Positions 9,761 through 20,233 of a stretch of DNA of 64,000 nucleotides are shown here, in pieces. How positions within the stretch are numbered: the first letter of the stretch is position 1; each line of letters begins with the position of its first letter. The notes below the pieces were generated by a model. The model searched no databases. It saw nothing but the letters and a program-made list of their open reading frames with translations, and was not told where the DNA came from. This stretch comes from Nymphaea colorata (lineage: Eukaryota). The stretch is from positions 34,100,001 through 34,164,000 of the forward strand of contig NC_045138.2 of assembly GCF_008831285.2 (NCBI RefSeq), written 5' to 3'. The position numbers and the translations under genes are program-made.

Positions 9761-12673
9761 TAAAATGTTAATTTATCCTCCCACGGCAGAAGAGGTCTGC
9801 GCAGTGCAAGCAAATGATACTTCTAATCCTCTGACTTTGACCCCCAATTCACCGCTACCACTTTCCGTAAATTGGATATCTATGAAACGAATTGAAACCG
9901 AAGGAAACTTCCACAGGCAAGTGTTACAAAAAATAAGAAGTCAATTACTCAGTGTGCGGACTATAGTGATGTTAATAATCTCAGCAGCAATAATCATGTC
10001 AAGTTGGAAACTTGGAACTGCTTGAGAGAAAACAGCTACGATTGTTTTGGCTTCATCCCTTGATTATATCGATTTCCTTACTCCTTGTTTCTTGGTAGTA
10101 CGATCATCATTTAGTGGAGGAACAAGAAGAATCGGCAATGGCACACACACACACACAGGGAGACTATTTGTGCCTTACCTCAGTCGAACAGACCTGAAGC
10201 AGAATCAAGGAGGGAGACAATTTCTAGTTCTACTGCCGATCAAACATTAGGAATCGTCGTATTATATTTTTTCTAAACCAAACATTATTTTCTTTAAACA
10301 TGTATTATGAAAATATGTATTCCAAGAACATAAAGTCACGAGCGCAACTTGTACAACCAGAAGTAGCACATATAAGTGGGCACAGGAACAGGTCGTCATT
10401 GTAGAAACGTGACACGAATTCCAAAAAGTGGGGTTGGATATACTTTCCTTAGATTGTGGTCGTTTTCAAAAAATTTTAAAAAAACTTTTAAAATTCAGAT
10501 GGAACGGTTTGTTTGTTATGCTATACAAGGAGAAGGAAGGTCATGAAAGCCCACATATATTCAAGTAAGTATGTACGGTTGCCCAAGACCTTTTATTTTC
10601 AAAATGAAGCTTTAAAAGATTTTGGTCATTTAAGTATGATGGTGCTCCTTAACATCCGAAGGCTTTTTATACGGTAGTATTTTAGAGAGAGAGATAAACA
10701 TCAAAGTTTAGAGATAAACATCAAATTTTAGAGATAAACATCAAAGTTTAGAAATTTTGATGTTTATCTCTCTCTCTAAAGTGCTACCGTTTAAAAAACC
10801 TTCACATGTTAAGGGGCAGCATCATACATAAATGACCAAAATCTTTTAAAGCTTCATTTTGAAAATAAAAGATCTTGGGCAACTGCACACACTTACTTGC
10901 ATATATGTGGGATTTCATGTCCTTCCCTCTCCTTTTATAGCATAACAAACAAACCGTTCCATCTAAATTTTAAAAGTTTTTTTTTTAATTTTTTATATTT
11001 AAATTATTGTTTTAATTTTTTCTTATAAATAGTTTGGGTGAAAAAGTTCCCAATCCGAAGGCATTAAACTTTTAATTATTGATATATACATATTTTGTGA
11101 AGGGCATGTGCCTCCTAATATTTAATATTTTTAAAATAACAATTTCAAGCCGTTCAGATCTATCATGGTATGCGATGTCAGATACGTGTCGACTTATTCT
11201 CACAAATCATGCCCGTTAATAAATTTGTAAGCATTTTTTTCAAATATTTACCGAATACTTTCGAAAACCACCAAAACCCAAGGAAATTATATCCAACCCC
11301 ACTTTTTGGAATTTGTGTCGCGTTTCTACAATGACTATCCTGTGCCCACTTTTATGTGCTACTTCTTCTTGTTGTACAAGTTGCGCTTGTGACTTTATGT
11401 TTTTGGAATACATATTTTCACAATACATGTTTGAAGAAAATAATGTTTGGTTTAGAAAGACATAATCCGACGATTCCAAATGTTTGATCAGCAGTAGAAC
11501 TAGAAATGACGTATATAATCACATTCAGTATTGACACTGATAACTAGCGCAGACCTCTTCCGCCGTGTGAGGATAAATTAATATTTTATTTCTAGAGCCT
11601 CCGGAATTCTTCTTCTAGGGGAGGGGAAGCAGTTGGGTGAGTATTGATCTCCTGCTATTATTCCAGATTCTCATTCTTCCATGGTGTCGGTGGCAGATCA
11701 AAGAGCCTTACACTGAAAATGCATGAAAATCTTTCTCCTCATCTTCTCTCTGTTTCACTCTCTCTCTACATCCCCACATATAAATGGATCGAATGAGACA
11801 GGTAGACAATTGACAATCACAGTTATCCAATTGAACTATTGACTTTAGACTCAATTGGATACCTGTGATTGTCAATTGTCTACCTGTCTCATTCGATCCA
11901 TTTATATGTCGGGATGCAGCGAGACAGCGCGAGACGGAGTGAAGATGAGGGTAAAGATTTTTCATGCATTTCAGTGCAAGGGTCTTTGGTCTGCCGCCGA
12001 CACCATGGAAGAATGAGAATCTGGAATAATAGCAGGAGATCAATACCCACCCAACTGCTTCCCCTCCCCTAGAAGAAGAATTCTGGAGGCTGCAGAAGCC
12101 TCCCCACTTTGTTTCTCCGCAAGGAAGCTTCCTTCCTTCCTTCCCTCCTCGATTCTTCTTCAGGTTTGTTCGACTGAGGTAAGGCGCATATTGTCTCCCT
12201 CTGTGTGTGTGCGTGTGCCATTGCCGATTCTTCTTGTTCCTCCACGAATTGATGATCGTACTACCAAGAAACAAGGAGTAAGGAAACAGATACAGATGGA
12301 ATAATCAAAATTTCAAGAGATGAAACCAAAACAATCGTGTCTGTTTTCTCTCAAGCAGTTCCAAGTTTCCAACTTGACATGATTATTGCCGCTGAGATTA
12401 TTAACATCATTATAGTCTGGTCACTGAGTAATCGACTTCATATTTTTTGTAACTCTTGCCTGTGGAAGTTTCCTTCGTTTTCAATTCGTTTCATAGATAT
12501 TCAATTTACGGAGAGTGTTCGCGGTGGTGAATGGGGGGTCAATGTCAGAGGATTAGAAGGATCATTTGCTTGCATTGATAATTAGCGCAGACCTCTTCCG
12601 CATGGGAGGATAAATTAATATTTTATTTCAGAAGCCGGTTTTTCTTGTGTATGACCAACAGCAATTGCTTTAT
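9713..12673. repeat. ~3-kb nested fold-back region
   Basis: Outer arms 9713-~10215 / ~12140-12673; next arms 10221-~10468 / ~11261-11506; inner arms ~10468-10705 / 10752-~10994; an additional palindrome 11596-11834 / 11851-12091. Confidence 0.9.
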
Positions 12674-14769
12674 GCGTGTGTGTGCGTAAACATGTTTTCT
12701 AGGTGTATTTGTATAACATAAATATTAGGGCCATGTCCATATGTGTATAGAGTCGTAAGAATCATATTTGTGTATCTTGATTCCCACATTGCATCCTCTT
12801 ATCTGGGAAATGAAAAATTAATGTCAAATTCATCATAACATATGGTTTCGTAGAAATAATGAGCAACTAAGTGTTCATGGAAGCGAGATTCATCTAGATT
12901 CAGGCCAATTAAGGTAACTTAGTCATGTATATGTTTTCATTTGGATCACAACCATTTTTACATTACCACAAGTGACAGCAAATCTGCTGGTTAACTACAT
13001 ATGGGATGCAAAGGTGGCATTCAACTGCCTGTTGATATACTTTGATATAAGATCTTTAGGATTTAATATCTCTAGACTCTATATCAATGAAAGCATATCA
13101 AATTAAATCTATACATGTACAATTTAAAGCAAAAAGCGACGGTGGGTTTTACTTCTTTTCATTGTAACCTTTTTCGTTGAACCAATGTTAATCGGAATTG
13201 TGCAATGAACAGGTGAAGTATGTACTCTGCGACGTGGCTCTTTATCGACGCCTTTCAGGAATTCGTATTAATTGAGCACCTCTAGTTCTATTGTCCCGAC
13301 AATCTCTATGATAGAAGTAAAAGCAGCAAGTTCATATTTAATATATGTGGCTGCAGCATTATGTGATAGGGGAAGGTTACTAGAATGCTAGCTTTGTTAC
13401 AATTCAAATGTACTCGATCTCGATAGTGGAATTATTCTAATGACAAAGCTCGTTTCTTGTGTCTTATTCTTTTTTTAAGTTTACATTTCTTAGCGATGCA
13501 ATGAAAGCGAAGATCAACTACCAGTTATTTGACAACTATAATCTTAATAAACAATATAACATCAATTGCCAAAATAACATTTCTTAATAAAAAAAGCATA
13601 TTGCACAGACACTTTAATATAAAGAAACAGAACAAAACCCAAGAGGGCTATTATTCCTGATAAGTTGATCAAGCTACAGTTCAGCCGCAGTCAGAAAATT
13701 ATAAACATTACCTTTTCTGATGTTGATTCTACCGTCGATATAATTGTACTAAAGCCCAGTGTTTTGCATCAATAGAAAATCATTGATTGACGTGACATAA
13801 TAGGTACATAGACGCCGTTTCATATATTTCCTTTATAGACATTGCCTGCGTTTCGTCCACGGAAACCTAAGGCGCATTCACCTAGTTTTCTTCATACTTA
13901 TGAGACAGGTTGCGCACCCAACTATTGGGTATGATATTTCGGAAATTTTTAGAAAAGAAATGTTCTTTTCGCTTTTTTATTGTTTTCGATTTCATTTTTA
14001 TGTTTACAAATTTATTTTTTAAATATAAATTAAGACCATTATTTTCATGAGTTATACTGACACACAAAATTTCATGCACCATATGACGCATAATTCACAT
14101 TCATATAACTCTCAAATTTTAGTTTTAGCTTCTCACATCCAAGTTTTCAAACACTGATAGGCTGAAATATAACACAAGTTTAAATTCGGGAAATTTGAAT
14201 ACAGAATATTGGACATTGGAATGTACAGTTGTTATTAGTGCCTAATTTAGGTGGCATTTAATGCCAGTATTAACATTAAAACCTAAACTTTCATTTTAAA
14301 TAAAAGCCAGTGTAAGTTAGGAAAACTCAGATGCGAATACTCTAACTTTGGGTCGTACAGTTGTTAGTGCAAAATATTAGACAACATTTGATGTGAAATA
14401 ATAATATTAAAACCTAAAATTCCCATCCTTGTTATCGGCACATTGAAACATGAGCTTTTTAGCTTGTGCGTTTACTGTTGCCTAAAATATTATTTCTGGT
14501 ATCTTTTCTGCTTAGATATATATATATTTTTCTTTAAATTTAATTGTTGAAGGACAAATCTCAGTGTCCTACTGAGCTTGCTAAGGGTGATCTCAAGTTT
14601 TTTCAATCCTAGGCTTGCAAATGTATGACAGATGGTGAAGGCGCTCCTTCACGTGGTTTTCTTAAAAGAATTTTATGTTATATGTATGGTTCATCATTTC
14701 TACTTGATTTTTTTGTGATTTTAATTATATACTTTTTTGCTATTAGATTGAACTGATTATAAATAATGC

Positions 14770-15385
14770 CGGCATGAACGTAACGTGTAAGTTCCACAGA
14801 GAAGATCCGTGCCTGGAATCCCTTTGGCTCGGGTTTCCAACTATTCTCATTGTGCATTCTATTGGTGTAAATTGTGGGAAATGAGCTTGGCCATGCTTCA
14901 TCATAAATCCTTGATGCGATCCCCCATAGCACTTCTAATTGTCAATCGAAATATAGTCACATGATGTGTTTGCCTTGTGTGATGTGCTAGCTTGTTCTTT
15001 AATCATTGGAAAATGGCTTCTCGATTATGTAAATATTTGGTCATTTAAGTGGAGTAGGGGCGGAGGGAGGGGGGGCCGCCTAAGCCGTGGCCCAGCCCCA
15101 ACTATTTGAAAAAAAAAATACATTATAAAAATTGAAAAATTTTGGTTGGGTAATGTATTTTTTATATTCAAATGTAGTTTGGTTATACCCGAATAAGTTT
15201 GATGGACCGTGTGGTTTGCTCTTGAAAAAAATCTTAGCTCCGCCCCTATGTGACAGTAAAATTATAAAAACATTTTAGTCATAGCATCAAACCTCTGGAA
15301 GGGTCTCTAATTCTTTGATCTCTAGCAGCTAAAGTCCTTTTTCCATTCAAATCTTCCCTTCTAATTCATAGATGTTCTTCAATGC
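14770..15385 (-). pseudogene. SNF2-RING helicase 3' fragment, copy 5 (further deleted, MITE-interrupted)
   Basis: Colinear with copies 1, 2 and 4 (AHHTRQTHHVT remnant at ~14990-14955; QARIFSVELTRYV tail). The acceptor/NMVH segment is deleted. Confidence 0.75.
15055..15248. mobile_element. hAT-type MITE (~194 bp)
   Basis: TIRs taggggcggag ... ctccgccccta. It is absent from paralogous copies (empty site aagtgacagtaaaattata at ~9108-9126). The TSD is degenerate (aagtggag / tgtgacag). A related element lies at 52947-53143. Confidence 0.8.
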
Positions 15386-15404
15386 CATGACATATGTTAG
15401 AAAA

Positions 15405-15635
15405 ATTGAAGAACTCAATCATGAATTGGAAAGACTTGAATATCAGAGATTTTGACACCCTTTAGAGGTCTGATGCTTGTTATATGACCAAAAATCATAT
15501 TGTCTTGAAGGACCCTTGGTGGAATGAAGATCAAGCTATTGACGGAGCACATCAGTGCACCCACATCATCTGACTCCTTCTCGACTGACTATTATAAAAG
15601 TGTTATTCGTGATCACATATTAATTAGCTCTGCAG
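15405..15635 (+). pseudogene. SNF2-RING helicase 3' fragment, copy 6 (paralogue of copy 3)
   Basis: DFDTL at 15448; HIVLKDPWWNEDQAIDGAHQ from 15496; ends LALQ|gtatg at 15635 (consensus ILALQ). Confidence 0.85.
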
Positions 15636-16959
15636 GTATGTCTACTATCACAGAATTTTTCTATGCCTGCTGGTGGATTCCTTCCTAACTTTCATTACAT
15701 CAGGAACACAATGACAAAAAATTCTTCTCATAATTCATGATCAATGCTAACAGCCATCAAGACAATATGATTTTTGGTCATATAACAAGCATCGAGACCC
15801 TTCCAGAGGTTTGATGCCTGTGTTGTATGACTAAAATGTTCGTTCACTAGAATAAGAATCAAAAGCCAAAAATGAAGAAAATAAATTTCTCGGAAGCAAA
15901 ATTAACATGTTTGCACTAAACTAGGTCTTTTGCAAAACCAAATTCGTCAAACTCTGATTTCTTTCGATTAAAATTACCAAGGTCACAAGTCTTCCATGGT
16001 TAAGTTCGATTAAAATTCACAATACAAAAAATAAATAAGAAAATGGGTTACAATTGATACTATTTTCGGCTAGCAGGTGGCGCGAATCTGTGAGATAACT
16101 CCATTTTCTCTATAACATCGAAGGTTAACTGAATGCACAGTTCAAACGAAACAAGTTCGGAAAGAACAACTCTCTTAAAATTAGATCAGAGAAAAATCAA
16201 CGAGTTACTCTGGAAGGACAGCATTACCTTTCTGGCCTCATGACAGAAGACAACCTCATCTGTTCCCCTCCATGTCTCCATGAGAGAAATGGACGCTCTT
16301 CTACGTCCTGTAGGCAGTAGGTAGTCGAGCTTGGGTTTTCATTTATGTGACAGTGATTATTGAGGATACCACCTCGAGATCGAAATTTAAGACGCTATTC
16401 ATAAATTGGTCTTCACAGTGCTGTGGATATATAATGAATCAAACAAGGTACCATGCAAAATACCCACAAATAATTTTGAACCCCAAGTATATGAAATAAG
16501 GTTATATATGGCCGATGGGAAGAAGAAACACCAAGTCATTGCAACCGAGATATCAACCATGTAGAAATAAGGTTATCCTTTTGCCTTATTCGTATATCTT
16601 CTCGGGCTCTATGACAGGAAGGATTAAACAAGGCGTTTATGAATACGTTCTAGGTCTCTATGCGAACACTGCTCAAATTTGATTTTCAATTTCTATAAAA
16701 CTGGCGAACACCATCAATTGGATACCAACCTTGCAGTTTTATGTCGGTGAACCGTACAACTAAGAGGGTGTTACAAAACGACGGAATATAGACATCGATG
16801 AGTTCCACCATACATGTGACATTACATTCAACATGGGAAAAAAATTCTCGAGCTTGCATACTTTGTATGGTGCCTAGAACACCAAGGAATAAATCACGGC
16901 CAAGTGACCTCTGATTTCAGAGACAATGTTGTCATAATCGGCATCCAATACTAGCTTTA

Positions 16960-19900
16960 TCACTCACTAGGATTGGTCACTTGCATTGATGCCGAACTGC
17001 TTGAATGAAGAACAAATGAACCCTGGCTCCTGTCTAAGAAGAATGGAGATAAAGGCATTGGAAGTGTTACAGAGGCGCTATTTAGCATCATAACAAGAGA
17101 TGACATTGTTGGTCTGTGACTTGGATTCTCTTGCACACACAGTAGACCAATGTGAATACACCTTAAAGCTTCAACCTTTGGACATGAGTCTGACAATGCC
17201 TGATCCATCAACTCCAGCATCTTGCTTTCTTTCCAAAGCTTCCAAGCCTACATATTACAACAAATCTTATCGTCAAGGAGAACTCATTTTTTACAATGAA
17301 CTGATATACTCATAGCCAATCCAACAAAGTAGTACTTACATAGCTCAAAAGATCTTGGTCCCCTAACTCATCGAATGCTGTGCTCTTTTTACCACTTACA
17401 ATCTCTAGCAGCAATACCCCAAAGCTATATACATCTAATTTTGTAGAAAGGTTCCCATGCATTGCATATTCTGGCGCCATATATCCACTAAAAACATTGA
17501 AACTTTACTGTTTCAGTAAAAGTGAATCCTAGACAATTTTCTAAAAATTTACAGAAGCTGATCTTTATACATTCTAAGTAGCATGTGTATCATGTAATTT
17601 TCAATGAAATGTTTAAGCAAATAATATTCGACATGGAAAACTTGGAGAAAAAGAAGGATATAACTTACAGTTAAAAGATTGTTGTTTCAAGACCATGCAT
17701 GTGTTGTAAGTACATACGAATAGCACTTAGAATGGTAAACAAGAAAGAACTTACTATGTCCCAGCAATTTTTGAGGTATCACAATGCGTTTGGTCCATGG
17801 TAAGAAGCCTTGCCAACCCAAAGTCTGCAATCTTAGGGTTCAGGTTTCTATCTAACAAAACATTGCTAGCTTTCACATCCCTGTGAACAACTGTGAGACG
17901 AGAATCCTCATGAAGATATTGAAGCCCTCTAGCAACTCCTTTAATGATCTCCAAAAGCTGTTTCCAGCTCAATTCTGCACGCCTGTCAGGATCTACCACA
18001 CATAGCAAACAAAAATAAAGACGAAAAACATAGAGATGATATCTGCCACAGGAAAAAGTTACAGGTAATGATCTCCTACGAATATGAAGGAACTTCATAT
18101 TCGTCCATCTAGAAGATGCCATAATGATGAACCAGGATAAAGTTGGTGCCTATGTCGGGATACCATTTATGGTTGCTATGGGTGTTCTGCTCTCCCACTG
18201 CTTTCAGTGGATAAAACAAATGAAAGTCTTCTAAAGCAGCAGCATACTCACTCCCACAAAATAACACTGCATATCTTCCACAAAATGTATGAGTTTTAAC
18301 TCACCGAAGATAAATTTGTCAAGACTCGAATTAGGCACATATTCATAGACAAGTATATTCTCATCTCCTTCAGAACAACAGCCTAATATACGAACTAGAT
18401 TCTTGTGCTGAAGCTTTGCAACCAATTGCACCTCATTCTTGAACTCTGTTCTACCTTGTGCGGAGAACATAGAGAGTCTTTTTATTGCTATTTCTTGTTC
18501 ATCTTCTAGCTTGCCCTGTCATTGTTGACAAGAAAAATCAAAGACTCTAAACTACTAAGTCAAGAATAATTTTTATTTGTTGTAAAGAATTACCTTATAT
18601 ACTGGGCCAAATCCACCCTCTCCAAGCTTTTTTTCTTGAGAGAAATTATTTGTGGCAGCTTTTATTGTGTCTAACTCGAAAATTAGAAATTCCCCATTTG
18701 GGATGCCTGCGTTAGCTGCACATGAATAACCATTTACAGAGTGTCAAGGATCATTGAAACTGCTTTATAATATGCTAAATGTGTCCCTGAGAAATTTGCC
18801 AGTCACTGTCACCTCACTTGGCATGTTGAAACCACAGGAATTTAATCACAAGGAATGCGTACATGGAGTTACTGGGGATGATAAGAGGACATGACAAACA
18901 TAGGCTCATGTTCCATTGCAACTGCTATATCCATACCTTTGTGTTTGCCAGCCTTCAACTTCCTTGCTAATACGCCACAACAGACAACAGAGATAAGCAC
19001 TGCCCATGGTACAAGGACGGAAAGAACTATCACCAAAAGGTTCCTATTACCTGCATCACCGTTATAAATAAACGTCACACGGTTCGTCCAATTAGGCAAA
19101 TTGATTTTTGTCTTATTTAGTGAGATGTGGTTGTTTAAATAAAATTCAATTTCCTGGAAATGTTGGGAATTTTGCCTTTGAGCGGACCCGTGATCTATGC
19201 ATGGTGGATCAAGTGTTTGGACCTCACGAATGCTAGCTTCCTAGGGCAACCAAGTCAGTTCCTTAGTCACCCGGAGAGAAGCCTTGTGGTTTTAGGCGCC
19301 AGGCGAGACGAACATTTGACCACCATGCCAATGGCACCTGCTTTGTCTAAACGAAAATGACTGCCAATGGTGAAAGAAAAGCAAACCTGAACCACGAGAC
19401 GGACCCACGAGATTCACCGGCGGAGAAGCGAGGGGACTGGTTGGATTCAGCGATGGGGCTGATGTGCCAGAGGAAAAGAACTGATATGAGTCATACCTCG
19501 TATAACAGGTCTTGGAAAAAGCAATAGCACCCAATTGAGACGAACAACATCGAGGAATAAAGCCTGCAGCCTTAGCCAGGCATGTCTTGCAGTCAGCTAT
19601 GGTCAGGTCCCTTGTGCACTGCACCAACCCATATATCTTGAACGACTCGTTGAAGCTTGACACCCCCGTAGAAAACATGAGTCCAAACCCACCAGCAGTA
19701 GCTTGACTCGATAGGTTGTTCAGTAGTGAGACCGCCATGTTAGTGTACTTAACTGGGTCTGTGTTGTTGTCTGAATCCCAATTGTAGTTGATTTCATCGT
19801 CTCTAACTCGAAAGAAGCTCACGTTTGAGTAGCGTAAGCTGCAGTAGTCTAGCCAAATGGTGCCTTCTTTTTGAAGTGGACACAGGCTGGTGAATTGTGT

Positions 19901-20233
19901 CCCTGCGTCTGAGATGCATTTGCGGCAGTCATCGGCAGAGACATCCCCACGGCAAAAAACGAGTCCGTAGACTTGATTCGGAGGTTGGCCGACGGTGGTG
20001 ACGTTGAAACCGGTTGCTGGGCCATTAGCCGCTAGAGTTGTGAAGAGCTGCTTCAGGTTTGTCTGGTATGGATTGTTCGAGGTGAAGTTCCCATAGCTGG
20101 AGTTACAGAGAGCGAAGGGGTCAAGAGCAAAGGCACGGAAAGGGAAACATAATAGCAAGAAGAAGAGAAGGATTAGTAGATTGATCCTTTCTACGAGCAT
20201 AGGCCTCCGAGATGATGACCTTTTTGCTTCCAT
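16960..20233 (-). CDS. CRK: Cysteine-rich receptor-like kinase (signal peptide, 2x DUF26, TM, RD kinase), 7 exons, ~655 aa (CRK-a)
   Basis: Exons 20233-19387, 19050-18937, 18715-18594, 18515-18305, 17992-17755, 17487-17340, 17247-16960; all GT-AG and in frame (1968 nt). C-X8-C-X2-C twice ([26 protein letters not shown]); [27 protein letters not shown]. Confidence 0.95.

Noticed and set aside
11708..12274. 188-aa ORF
   Set aside because: It reads through the centre of a palindrome, has a non-ATG start and shows no recognisable domain.
12337..12585. HIFCNSCL as a RING-finger remnant of the SNF2 gene
   Set aside because: Other RING ligands are not visible and the match is too short to support without an alignment.
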